DNA of 64,000 bases from Camelus dromedarius (lineage: Eukaryota), in assembly GCF_036321535.1 (NCBI RefSeq), contig NC_087436.1, positions 106,456,001 to 106,520,000 on the forward strand, written 5' to 3'. Position numbers and translations under genes: made by a program. Within the stretch, counting starts at the first letter, position 1. Every line of letters starts with the position of its first letter. Shown one piece after another: positions 52,146-64,000 of the stretch. The notes beneath the pieces were generated by a model. The model did no database searches, had not been told where the DNA came from, and saw only the letters and a list, made by a program, of their open reading frames with translations.

Positions 52146-52267
52146 GAAGAACGCCGTGTGATTTATGTTGGTAAAATCAGACCTGACACAACACGGACAG
52201 AACTGAGGGACCGTTTTGAAGTTTTTGGTGAAATTGAGGAGTGCACAGTAAATCTCCGGGATGATGG
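52146..52267 (+). CDS. PPARGC1A: PGC-1alpha exon 11 (RRM, first half)
   Basis: ccctag|GAAGAACGC...GATGG|gtgaga; 122 nt; EERRVIYVGKIRPDTTRTELRDRFEVFGEIEECTVNLRDDG. Confidence 0.97.
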
Positions 52268-52598
52268 GTGAGAATCTTCAAGATTATTTCTTGTTTAGAA
52301 GCTGACATATGTAAAAAATTATGGCCATAAGATTACTAGGATGGGAATGCTTTGACAGATGACATGTTGAGTTCAGAACCTTATTTATTTTCTTTCATCC
52401 CTATTTATTAATCTTTCTAGTTGAGATTTCCTGTCCCAGAAATAAGTATTTAACTGCTTGACAGGACAATCACACTGATAAATGGATGCAGTGGTTCAGA
52501 CGCTGGCACTGGTGAAGTCTTCAAAGTAGAAGGGGTTACAGTCGTTTATGCTAATACTGCCTCGCCAGCTCTGAACTCCTCTTCTTTGTCCATTGCAG

Positions 52599-52750
52599 AG
52601 ACAGCTATGGTTTCATTACCTACCGTTATACCTGTGATGCTTTTGCTGCTGTTGAAAATGGATACACTTTGCGCAGGTCGAATGAAACTGACTTCGAGCT
52701 GTACTTTTGTGGACGCAAGCAATTTTTCAAGTCTAACTATGCAGACCTAG
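52599..52750 (+). CDS. PPARGC1A: PGC-1alpha exon 12 (RRM, second half)
   Basis: ttgcag|AGACAGC...CCTAG|gtatgg; 152 nt; DSYGFITYRYTCDAFAAVENGYTLRRSNETDFELYFCGRKQFFKSNYADL. Confidence 0.97.
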
Positions 52751-53369
52751 GTATGGATTTCACTGTACATGGGATGAGGAATCCATAATGCAGAGCTCAA
52801 ATGGAAGCATGTGTAAACCGGAGGCACGCTGGGTTGGATGATCACTTAATTTTACTAGCAAGAATATTTGAACACAGATTTTATCCTGTTTTTTAACCCA
52901 CAAGACAGCTTCAGAAGCAGGATGCTTAAGTTTTGGCAACAAAGAGCAGAAGCACATTCTTTCTACTGTCTGCCCAATGATGAACTTCTGCACTATTTGT
53001 GTGTGTGTGTGCTTGTGTGTGTGTGTGGTGTGTTATGTTTTGTGTGTGCATATGCTGTGTGTATGTGTGGTATAGTGTGTCTGCCTATGTTTATGGTGTG
53101 TATATGTGTATACATCTCTGTGTTTGTTTGTAATTTGCTGTTGCTTTCTGTGCCTGCCCTGAATCCTTTTGCACAAACTACAGCATTGGCATCACTGCTT
53201 TGCAGAAGAGAATGTGCAAAAATCCTTTTTTCCTTCTTATCTCACAAACTCTTAGAAATGTTAACATTTTCTACAAATTACACTCTGAGAGGAAAAAATA
53301 AAATTTCATATGCTAAATCACATTATACTTTCTTTAAAACAAAAGAAGGAAAGAAAAAAAACCTGTTAT

Positions 53370-53510
53370 TTTTTGAGTGCTTCCATATGCTAGGCACTGT
53401 GCCAAAGCTTTGCCAGCATTTTTCTCATTTAATTACCAGAACTATCCTCAGAAGTGGATATTATTATTATCATCCCATTTTACAGATAAGGAAACTAAAG
53501 CATAGATAAG
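53370..53510 (-). mobile_element. MIR relic
   Basis: TTGAGTGCTT..ATGCTAGGCACTGTGC...CATCCCATTTTACAGATAAGGAAACTAAAGCATAGA. Confidence 0.75.
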
Positions 53511-53701
53511 TATTCATTTTTTCCTGTCATCAAATTTGTATAGACTCAAGAGGTAAAATTTAGAAAATATAAAAAGATATCCAGAAAAATAGTAAAGTTA
53601 CCTGTCAGCCTATCACCTAGAGATAACCTCTATTACCTCATGTGTGATTTACAGTCCAGTATTTTGTCTCAGAATGTCTAATTTCTTATAGTTGGGGTCA
53701 T

Positions 53702-53752
53702 ATTATATATATATATATACACACACATACACACACACATACACACATACAT
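53702..53752. repeat. (TA)n(CA)n microsatellite
   Basis: Direct reading. Confidence 0.9.
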
Positions 53753-54809
53753 GAATACTTTAAAACTTTACTTTTCTCAATTATTATTCTATAAGTTCAT
53801 TTTCCACTGTGATTCACAGGATTAAAGATAATTTACCAATATATTTTAATGGCTGTATGGTATTCTGTTAGTACCACTATGTTTAATCATTCCATTGCAG
53901 CTAAACATGTTTTCAACTTTTGATGTTATAAATAAGGCCACAGTGGACATCTTGATTTCCTTTTCAATTTCAGTTTTGTTCCTCTGTGTGTTATTCCCTA
54001 TGTAATGTGTGTGTTGTAAACCTTTAAATCTCTTAATGAAAGGAAGGAAAATGCCAAATGTCTTGTGCATATAACAATTATTTTAAATCAATTTATAATA
54101 ATAATCATGAAATTAACAGAAGAATCTGTTCCTAAGTACTATTATGTGTCTATCTACACTTGCTATGGCTTAGTTTAAAGAAAATAAAATGAATACCAAA
54201 TACAGGGACTTTTTTATTTTTCTTCCTTCCACCGAAGTGACGTCTTTTCCTAGAGTAACTGATGCAAGTGTGGTGCATTGTTCAGGGGGAATATGCTGTG
54301 ATTCACTTCACAAGCTGAATAGACAGTGTGGAGCAGGGGGGAGGCAGCTGACTGTTGGAGAGACAGAGGCCTCGGGATGAAGATATAAAAGGTGGCAAGT
54401 CATTTGTTCAAATGTTGGCTGATAAAAACAGTCAAGACAGATTGAAGTCTTAAGTTGATTTGACTTATTTTCTTCAGTGATGAAGGCCAGGGTGTTTCCT
54501 AGTCTCTCAAAACATCTAGAGTTTAAAATGAGCTACCTAGAGGGGCCTGTAGATCACAGTTCATCACCGGGAGAGGGAGGACTGGATGGGCTTTCCAAAT
54601 TGAACTGGAGCCTTCCTGAAACATTTCTAAGAAGAATGCTTCCTTCCTCATTATCTCTCTGCCTAACCAGTGGCAGTGGAAACTCTACCATTGCCAGGCG
54701 AGCTCTGTATTTTCTGAAAAGTGTGTTTGATGTGCATTGTATTATCATGGGTTTTTTCCAGTTCCCTCCAGCCTTACAGTTGCAGGAAGGGTAGTCGATC
54801 TGAGCATAG

Positions 54810-55030
54810 GCATGGTGTACTGGAAAGCGCCTTGGCTTTGGAATCTTGCAGGCCTGGTTTTGAAACCTGAGTTAGCTTCTGACCTTGAGCAATTAAGCTC
54901 CCTCTGCTTCTGGTTCTTCATTTGTGAAATACCTTCTAATGTTGTTGTGAAGATTAAATGCATGTTTGCGAAGCCCTTAGCACAGGGTCTGACATAAAAT
55001 AGGTTCTTAATACATAGTTGCTATAATAAT
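54810..55030 (+). mobile_element. MIR relic
   Basis: GGCTTTGGAATC..CCTGGTTTTGAAACCTG..TGACCTTGAGCAA..GTTGTTGTGAAGATTAAATG..CTTAGCACAG. Confidence 0.7.
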
Positions 55031-58000
55031 AATAATTTTTTTAAAAGATGGTAATGAGAAGAAGTTAGGCTAATTTTAAATGGAAGAATCAATACCAGGG
55101 GACCAGCTTGGGAACTGGACAGCATCATATGTGTCTTGTCTTTATTCCCTGAAGAGGTCAACTTTAGTGCTTCGGGCTATGAACATTGAATAAGGTGCAC
55201 ATGAGCATATACTGGACTCTTCGAGGGACTGGGAGCTTACATGTATGTCTAAAGTGAAAATGATGTGATACCAATTAATTTTACCAAAAGTAAAGAGACC
55301 TATTGTCTTAGATAGATTTTACCCATTTTTTTTCTTTTTATCTGCTTTCCCATATTGAGCTCATGCATCCCATTTCTCTGCTTGTACAGCCACTTAGCAG
55401 TTACTACAATACTATTAATATAAAATGCAGTGATTCCAGTTACTGTTTATGAGCCAGATTTATAAAAGGGACTCAGAATTCAAAGAGATGACCAGGCTTA
55501 CCATGATGAAGCCAGTATTTAAATCTGGCTTCTATGAATCTGTAATCTGTGTGTCTTTTATTCACTGTCTTATAAACAGATGGATCTTTCCATTTGAAAG
55601 AGCTTGACAAAAAATCTTAAAAAGGAAAGAGTAAAAGTAAATTAGGACTATAGGGGTCAGAACAGAAGGATATGTCAGTACTCTGAATATGATCATTTTG
55701 ATCACGAACTAGTTATGGTGTGTAACTTAAACATATAAGAAAAATTAAATAACATATTGGTCACAAATTCTTTATTAACTCCAAGATAAGTATTACGTTA
55801 TCATCATGTTGAATATATACATAACTTTACGTAAACCCTTGCCATTCATTGGTAAATCAACCCCAGATCCCAACAGAAATATTTTCAATCCCAGTTTTTA
55901 TAATATGCTGGCATTCAAGGTAAATACATTCATTCAACAAATACTAATTTGAGTACCTACTTTGTGCCAACGGTTTTCTAGGTGCTAGGAAGACAGTTAT
56001 GATGTGATTTGTTTCTCTTAATGCATTATTCTTATTTATAATAATTTTTAAACAATTCTTAGAGTGCCTTTCAGATTATTCCTGTAACATTTTTATTATA
56101 TCTTAGTTGTTTTGCAATATCGTTCCTTTAGTGGAGAGAAAGGAGTGGAGGGGGTTATTGCCTCAGGAGTTGCACATAAACACATTCTGTCTTCAAGCAA
56201 CAAAAAAAGATGTTGTGGGTGCCTTCTGACATAGTATGCCCATGAGAGCTGGCAAATTTGTAAGCATCAACCAAACTACTTCACGGTGAACAAACTCTGG
56301 AGAACCACTGTATCAAAAGGTTTTTCGTATTTGCTAATGAGAATACAGAAACACTAAAATTCTGGCTTTCATGTAGAATAATCCAAAATTAAGACATTTT
56401 AAATATTCTCAAATTTTCCTCCAAGCAAAGATACACATATATGTTCTTGAAAGTTCTGTACTGACTTTATGTGACTCAGACTCCTGTCAGTGGAAGACTC
56501 TGCTGTCTTCATCTACAGTGCAAGTGGGATTCTGATTTCAGGCTAATCCCTAGCAAGGAGCAGGAGTTTGTTTTTTTTTTTTTTTTGTCTCTACACACAA
56601 AAAACTTTGATTTGAACAACAGCTGTTCATGAAGCTTTAGTTATATAAGGAAACTATGCATTAGGCTATGAAGAGAAAGGGATAAGTCAGTGTAATTTAA
56701 GATTGACCATTTAAAATTTTAATGAGGAAAGATTGGCCATTTTTGTCCTATTTTATTTAATGTCTGAGGCAGACTGTAATTGTCTTACCTAAAAAAAGGA
56801 AGGCAGGAAAGACAAGGGATGGTGAAAATAAAAAAAAAAAAAAAAGTGAAGAAATTTCCTTGTCTTTAAATCTAAGATGTCTTTAAATCCAAAGTAGATT
56901 GAAGCTGAGGGGGAGAAATCGGCCTGGTTCTGGAGAGCTTGAGGGGTTTGCAGCCTTTCCAGCAGAACTACTTGTGAGGTCAATGACTAGTCTCCATGTT
57001 ATCTAGTATTAGACTTTTCTGTCACTTTGAGCATTTCTATTTTGTAACTTAATCTGGGTAAAACATAGAAATATTCGTATTTTAGTAGGAGTTAATGTTT
57101 CTTGGAAAGGTTTTGTCTTCCCTTCGAGTACGTGCTTTCAAAAGAATGAATGTGTCTGCAAGAGGCTTTCTATTCTATTTCTAAGATGCTCTTTCTCAAG
57201 CCAAAAGCCCGGCAGAAATATTTGACTTTTTTCAAAGATGTCAATGGAGAAAAATCAGAAATATTCAACAGAATTTTACTTTACCTCCAACATGGCTGCA
57301 ATACACCAACTTTGTTAAAGGCTGTTTGATGGAGCATGTGGAGCTTTGCACAAAAGCTTACGTGGACTAGTTTCATCACACTTGCATATTTTTCCTCTCC
57401 TATTAATGAGTAAAGAGGCTGAATTTGCCCTCTCTCGACATAAAGCATTTTCCTAAACCTTGTAACTGGGGGAGAACTTGTGCCACTGTTGCTGGGGTCC
57501 GTCGTGGTACTGGAGTCCATGACAGGACCAGCTGTCCCTCCTGCTTCAGAGGAGAGCAGCAGTGTGATGAGTGGCTAAGGCTCTGAGGATTCTCTCTCTT
57601 CTACTCAGCTGGCCTTTGTGCTCAATGAAATCCGTCCCATTGGATAGGAAAATCAGCCCTAGCTTCTACTTTTGCCTCTCCAACTAAGCTTCTGAGGGGC
57701 CTCGGGTAGGTCATTGAACAGGCCAGGAACGGGGAAGAGGCTTATTTTTAAAGCATATTGATTGCATAAGTTGCTATAGAAAAGAAATATTAAAGTCTGT
57801 TCTGATTACCTCCCAGGAGCATATAAGTCTAAAATGAGTCCATAGATGAGTGTTTTGAATGCTCACCACTCCTTACCCTCTACAAATATATACATTTGGT
57901 ATAAATATATAAATAAATAAATATAAATATTTGATAAACGAATTAATTAAAATATTGATAGATATACCAGTACCATATAAATACCTTACACAAATGTCTA

Positions 58001-58225
58001 TACATGTTAATGTGCATACATATAAATACTTTCTGCAAATGTATATCTGTATATATATGCATTATATATGTGCACTTCAATACCACATACAAATAAAAGT
58101 TGGGCATATTTTTAAAAGTGTATCCGTTGGATATGTTGCTATTGAATCAGGTCATCCTAAATGAGAGGACTGAGCTAATGACCGTCAGCCAAGGGTACAT
58201 CTAACCTGGCTTGGGTTTCTTTCAG

Positions 58226-58329
58226 ATTCAAACTCAGATGACTTTGACCCTGCTTCCACCAAGAGCAAGTATGACTCTCTGGATTTCGATAGTTTACTGA
58301 AGGAAGCTCAGAGAAGCTTGCGCAGGTAA
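58226..58329 (+). CDS. PPARGC1A: PGC-1alpha exon 13, coding part; stop TAA at 58327-58329
   Basis: tttcag|ATTCAAAC...; DSNSDDFDPASTKSKYDSLDFDSLLKEAQRSLRR*. Confidence 0.97.
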
Positions 58330-58617
58330 CATGTTCCCTGGCTGAGGATGACAGAGGGACAGTGAATACCTCACGGGACAGCGTGTCTTTCCCTAACAGA
58401 CTATTGCAAGTCCAACTTAGGAATTTCTCCTGCTTTACACTCTCTGTACAAAACAAAACAAAACAAAACAACAACAATACAAGAAGAACAACAACAATGG
58501 TTTACATGAACACAGCTGCTGAAGAGGCAAGAGACAGAATGGATGTCCAGTAAGCACATGTTTATTCCTGGTGTCAGTTTCGCTTTCCCTGAGTCTCTTG
58601 GTGATGGAGTGTATGTT

Positions 58618-58621
58618 TGTG

Positions 58622-58657
<36 letters not shown>
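58618..58657. repeat. (TG)n microsatellite in the 3'UTR
   Basis: Direct reading; one C interruption. Confidence 0.92.
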
Positions 58658-58662
<5 letters not shown>

Positions 58663-61600
58663 TTGCCTGGTTTGGGGGAAGTCTGTATGTACAGGTGGGG
58701 ACTGGGGGCACCTGACCAGAGCTTGCAAAGGCAAACCACTTCAAATGGCAGCAGTTCCATGAAGACACACTTAAAACCTAGAACTTCAAAATGTTCCTAT
58801 TCTATTCAAAAGGAAAAAAAAATGCGTAAATTCAAAAGGAAAGAAAACTAACCAACCAACCACAAGCCACCCTAAAATGACAGCCACTGACGTCTGGGCA
58901 TCAGCCTCCGTACTCTGTTTTTTTAAGAAAGTACAGAATCAACTTGAAGCAAGCTTTCTCTCGTAACATAACGATTATATGACAATCCCGAAGAAACCGC
59001 AGGTTCTGTAGAACTAATATCCTTTCTCTCTTTCTCTCTCTTTCTCTTTCTCTCTCTGCCTCTTCTTTTTTTCCTTTTTCCTTTTGCCATGGAATCTGGG
59101 TGGGAGAGGATACTGCAGGCACCGGAATGCTAAACTTTCCTAACATTTTGAAGTTCCTGTAGTTCGTCCTTTATCCTGACACCCATGTAAATGTCCAAAA
59201 TGTTGATCTTCCACTGCAAATTTCAAAAGCCTTGTCAATGGTCAAGCTTGCAGCTTGCTCAGCGGTCCTTTCTGAGGAGCGAGCACGGTGTTACATTACT
59301 AATGAGAGTTGGGTAGAACTCTCTGGAATGTGTTCAGATAGTGTAATGGCTACATTCTCTGACGTAGTTAAGTATTTGCAGATGTTAAATGGAGTATTTT
59401 TATTTTGTGTACATACTATTATACAATGATGTTCTTTTTTTGTTACAGCTATGCACTGTAAATGCAGCCTTCTTTTCCAAACTGCTAAATTTTTCTTAAT
59501 CAAGAGTATTCAAATGTAATTATGAGGTGAAACAATTACTGTACACTAACATATTTAGAAGCTGAACTTACCGCTTATATATATTTGATTGTTTAAAAAA
59601 AAAAGGACAGTGTGTGTGTCCGTTGAGTGCAGCGACAACAAATTGATGCTTTTTGCACAACCATCCCTTCTTAGGTGAGCTTTGATCTAAGCATCTTGTC
59701 AAAAAATATCCTAGTCCCCTAAAGGTATTAACCACTTATGCGATATTTTTCCACATTTTCTTGTTGCTTGTTTTTCTTTGAAGTTTTATACACTGGATTT
59801 GTTAGGGGAATGAAATTTTCTCATCTAAAATTTTTCTAGAAGATATCATGATTTTATGTAAAGTCTCTCAATGGGTAACCATTAAGAAATGTTTTTATTT
59901 TCTCTATCAACAGTAGTTTTGAAACTAGAGGTCAAAAATCTTTTTAAAATGCTGTTTTGTTTTAATTTTTGTGATTTTAATTTGATACAAAATGCTGAGG
60001 TAATAATTACAGTATGATTTTTACAATAATTAATGTGTGTCTGAAGACTATCTTTGAAGCCAGTATCTCTTTCCCTTGGCAGAGTATGATGATGGTATTT
60101 ATCTGTATTTTTTATAGTTATGCATCCTGTATAAATACTGATATTTCATTCCTTTGTTTACTAAAGAGACATATTTATCAGTTGCAGATAGCCTATTTAT
60201 TATAAATTATGAGATGATGAAAATAATAAAGCCAGTGGAAATTTTCTACCTAGGATGCATGGCAATTGTCAGGTTGGGGTTTAAGTGTTTCATTTGGGAA
60301 ATTCAGCTTTTGCAGAAGCAGTGTTTCTACTTGCACTAGCATGGCCTCTGACGTGACCATGATGTTGTTCTTGATGACATTGCTTCTGCTAAATTCAATA
60401 AAAAACTTCAGAAAAACCTCCATTTTTGAGCATCAGGATTTCCTCTGAGTGTGGAGCCCCTGGAATGGAAGTCGCTAAAGTTTGGAGTGTGTATTCAAGT
60501 TTCTAAATTGAGATTCGATTACAGTTTGGCCAACATGACTTTTCTGGAAGACACGATATACCTACTTCTTAATCCTTAATCCTTCTTTTCCTTTCTCTCG
60601 ACCCACAAGATCTTATCAAATGGATTTCACCCACCCCCCCACCCCGGCCGATGCAGCTAATTTTGACAGCTGCATTCATTTATCACCAGCATATTGTGTT
60701 CTGAGTGAATCCACTGTCTGTCCTGTCGGATGCTTGCTTGGTTTTTTGGCTTCTTCTTTCTAAGTAGATAGAAAGCAATAAGATACTATGAAATAAAAGA
60801 ACTTGTTCACAGGTTCTGCGTTACGACAGTAACACATCTTTAACCCGCCTAATTCTTGTCGTTCTGTAGGTTAAATGCAGGTATTTTAACTCTGTGTGAA
60901 CGCCAAACTAAAGTTTACAGTCTTTCTTTCTGAATTTTGAGTATCTTCTGTTGTAGAATAAGAATAAAAAAAAGACTATTAAGAGCAATAAATTATTTTT
61001 AAGAAATTGATATTTAGTAAATCATATTATGTGTTTAAGGACCAGATGTGTTCTCTATTTTGCCTTTAAATTTTTGTGATCCAAGTTTAAATCCATTCTC
61101 CTTTTTGCCCTGGATTGTTGACATGAGTGAAATATTTGGTTTCTTTTCTTACCTATCAAAAGACAACACTACAGATTTCATGATGGGGGTGACTTTATCC
61201 CCTCTTCTGGCCTGACAAATACTGTTACCATGAAGATAGTTTTCCTCCATGGACTTCAAATTACATCTAAAAGCAGTGTAGAGGGAGAATCAATAAACCC
61301 TCCGAACAAAGCTTTTGTATCTTATGCAGACACTGTGGGTAACCCATCAAAATGTAAACTGTGTTTCTTTTATTTTTGTTTTTAATTTTTTTTTCTGAGA
61401 GAATATTTCAAATGAATACATGCACCCCATCATCCCTGGAGGCAAATTTCAGCATAGATCTGTAGGATTTTTAGATGACCCCGGGCCATTGCCTTCATGC
61501 TGTGGTAAGTACCACATCTTCAATTTTGGTAACTGAACTGGTGCTTTAGAAATGTGGGTTTTTTGTTTTTTTTTTAAAGAGATGTAGCAGAATAATTCTT

Positions 61601-62144
61601 CCAGTGTAGCAAAACCAATTTTTGCTAAATGACTCCGAGAACAACGGTTGGGCTGTCAACATTCAAAGCAGCAGAGAGGGAACTTTGCACTATTGGGGTG
61701 TGATGGTTGGGTCAGTTGGGAAAAAAAAAAAAGGAAACCTTTTCATGCCTTTAGATGTGAGCTTACAGTAGGTAATGATTATGTGTCCTTTTTTGATGGC
61801 TGTAACGAGAACTTCAATCACTGTAGTCTAAGACCTGATCTATAGATGACCTAGAATAGCCATGTAATATAATGTGATGATTCTAAATTTGTACCTATGT
61901 GACAGACATTTTCAATAATGTGAACTGCTGATTTGATGGAGCTACTTTAAGATTTGTAGGTGAAAGTGTAACACTGTTGGTTGAACTATGCTGAAGAGGG
62001 AAAGTGAGCGATTAGTTGAGCCCTTGCCGGGCTTTTTTTTTCCACCTGCCAATTCTACATGTATTGTTGTGGTTTTATTCATTGTATGAAAATTCCTGTG
62101 ATTTTTTTTTTTAAATGTGCAGTACACATCAGCCTCACTGAGCT

Positions 62145-62150
62145 AATAAA
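62145..62150 (+). terminator. Distal polyadenylation signal AATAAA
   Basis: AATAAA with a T-rich element (CTTCTGCTTTTCTTATTT) ~25-40 nt downstream. Confidence 0.8.
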
Positions 62151-63021
62151 GGGAAACGAATGTTTCAAATCTACTTCTGCTTTTCTTATTTATCGTAACC
62201 AAACTCCTGGCATGTTTCTCAGATCAGTACACATTACTGGCTTATTATTATTCTATTTCCTCTCTGGATCTCCCTCCCCCTCCCCCTCTTTTCCATATTC
62301 ATGGATGGATTTCAGCTCTAAGGTAACATGCACCTTCTGTATTTTAGCTTGTCTCCTTTCAAACAGCAAAGGCGGACGTGGTGATTTCTATAATAAGAAG
62401 TGACGTGGGGCTTTATCAAATGGATGAGCTCTGTTTTTGTACTTAACCCTGGAAAGTGTGAATTTTAAGTCCAAGCCATTGCCTCTAGTGAGAAACCTGC
62501 TAAATATTCAGCTTAGGAAACAATTTGACTATAATGGACTGAATATTTTTTGAAGACTTGTAGCAGAATGCACCTCCCCGCTCCTCCGTCATATGTAAGT
62601 CATCAGGTTAAATATGGGAGAAGCTGATAGACAGCTGCTGATAATGACTTACTGTCAGGATATCCCCTGTGCCTCATAGGCGACTGGTGGTCCTTGTGAC
62701 CGAGAAGCCAGAGAATACATTATTAGCGCTCTGTCCTCCCCCGATTTCAGATAGTAGTCCCCATGCCCAACCGCTTACACTGCAAGATTCAGCATAAACC
62801 TAGCAATAGGAAAGGGGGCTAAATATATCCCAGCCCCTGGCCCCCTTTCTCCTACAGAAAAAAAAATGTTCGTGATTACTGGAAACGTGAAAGAGCAATG
62901 AATAGTGCGCTGAAATCTGCTAAAGGACGCAAGAGGCACTTCCCATGACTCCGTTTCTATTTGATACCGCTGTGAGACTTGCCAATAACTTTATCAAAAT
63001 AGAAAGGAAAAACCTACCATT

Positions 63022-63196
63022 TATCAGTAACCTAAAATGAAAAAGGATATGAAAACAAATGTATGTATGTATATGTGTGACTGAAACATTATGCTGTACA
63101 TCAGAAATTGACAACATTGTAAACTGACTACACTACAATAAAAAAGGCACAAAAAATAAAACAAAACAAAAATAAATAATTAAGAGCAAAAAAAAA
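63022..63196 (+). mobile_element. Short L1 3'-end insertion, probably camelid type
   Basis: GTAACCTAAAATGAAAAAG...TGCTGTACATCAGAAATTGACAACATTGTAAACTGACTA..AATAAAAAA, A-rich tail, 14-bp TSD AAAAAYCTACCATT (63008-63021 and 63197-63210). Confidence 0.85.
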
Positions 63197-63328
63197 AAAA
63201 ATCTACCATTATCTTGCCCAAATACTTCATTCATCTACAGCTGTGGGTTCTAAGAACTCCTGAGATTCAGTGGATAAGCCTCAGATCCTAACTTATTTCC
63301 ACTGGAGTTTAAACTGTATAGGACTTTT

Positions 63329-63473
63329 TAATTTAATTTAATTTAATTTAATTTAAATTTGGGAGGAAGTAAGCAGGTTTATTTATTTATTCTTAGAGGA
63401 GGTACTGGGGATTGAAACCAGGACCTCATGCATGCTAAACCTGTACTCTACCATTTGAGCTATACCATCCCCC
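63329..63473 (-). mobile_element. tRNA-derived SINE, Vic-1-like
   Basis: Reverse strand GGGGGATGGTATAGCTCAAATGGTAGAG..AGCATGCATGAGGTCCTGGTTTCAATCCCCAGTACCTCC; (ATTTA)n tail; degenerate TSD CYGTATAGRAC. Confidence 0.85.
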
Positions 63474-64000
63474 ACCGTATAGAACATTTTTAGTCTTCTG
63501 GCTGGAATTAGAAAGGGCAATAGAATAATAAAAGTCTTTTGAGGGTAAAGAGGGATTTTTAAGAAAAAAAAAAAAAGTAGTAGCCGCTAGTCTTGTACAG
63601 GAACATCCTGATTAGAGACAAAGGATTCATTTGATGTTGTCCTCAAACATTAAATCACTTCCATCCTTGATGATACTAATGGTGAAATAATTATTGAAAC
63701 CAAAATTAGGCTGACAAAATAAGTGAACACTGGATATGAACAGTTTATTTGAAAGGAGCTTGTTTCAATTCAGAAGTCCTCCACACTAAATCTGTTTAAA
63801 GTATACAATGTGATATTCAAAATTCTTTTTCAGCGTTGCCAGTTTTCACTGTCGCATTATTTAGCTAACCATTGGATGTATTTTACAGCTCTAAGAGCGT
63901 TAGTGTACTCATTTGACACTAGTGTTACTAGCTACACAGTTGTAACTCAGTATTAATTACAAAATATTTTAACCAAGGCGTTCCCTTTTTGCAATATTTA

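Larger units (their letters stand above)
17367..62173 (+). other. PPARGC1A: PPARGC1A gene body from exon 3 to the 3' end; positions 1-17366 are the distal part of intron 2
   Basis: Eleven exons (195/123/205/46/74/916/105/121/122/152/104 coding nt) splice in frame at GT-AG sites and encode recognisable PGC-1alpha motifs: LKKLL, LLKYL, DHDY, RS domain, RRM and C-terminal DFDSLLKEAQRSLRR. Confidence 0.98.
58330..62173 (+). other. PPARGC1A: PPARGC1A 3'UTR (~3.8 kb)
   Basis: AU-rich sequence after the stop with no recognisable transposons, ending in AATAAAGGGAAACGAATGTTTCAAATCTA as I recall for the mammalian mRNA end. Confidence 0.8.

Noticed and set aside
52868..53509. 213-aa ORF in intron 12
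   Set aside because: Made of TG-rich low-complexity sequence and a MIR; non-ATG start.
58321..58332. Donor-like CAG|GTAACA overlapping the stop codon
   Set aside because: No downstream exon can be supported from the sequence alone.
1..64000. Novel prokaryote-type system (CRISPR array, operon, defence island)
   Set aside because: The DNA is a spliced mammalian gene with typical mammalian repeats; there are no repeat-spacer arrays or long unexplained ORFs.

Overview
Mammalian genomic DNA, not prokaryotic. The window holds the 3' part of PPARGC1A (PGC-1alpha) on the + strand: the last ~17 kb of intron 2, coding exons 3-13 (17367-58329) and a ~3.8 kb 3'UTR ending near 62173. Exons 1-2 are not seen and presumably lie upstream. 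All exons have canonical GT-AG junctions and an open frame; adding the 234 nt expected for exons 1-2 gives 798 aa. Sequences for three truncating isoforms that I recall from human/mouse are intact: the exon-3 extension (VRTLPTV*), the NT-PGC-1alpha 31-nt acceptor (LFL*) and exon 8a (VKTNLISK*). Vic-1-like tRNA SINEs and the L1 3' ends suggest a camelid genome (inference). Introns carry a 4.8 kb decayed L1 inserted into an L2, a solo ERV1-type LTR, MIR/L2/hAT relics and microsatellites. The most interesting observation is an Arg568->Pro change that removes the -3 Arg of the Akt motif at Ser571, the site through which insulin/Akt inhibits PGC-1alpha, in a lineage known for high blood glucose and low insulin sensitivity. 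A promoter-like CpG patch in intron 5 and an NFI-motif cluster in intron 4 are also notable. Comparisons with human/mouse/cattle proteins and repeat consensuses are from memory and need alignment. Nearly all short ORFs in the supplied track are spurious.
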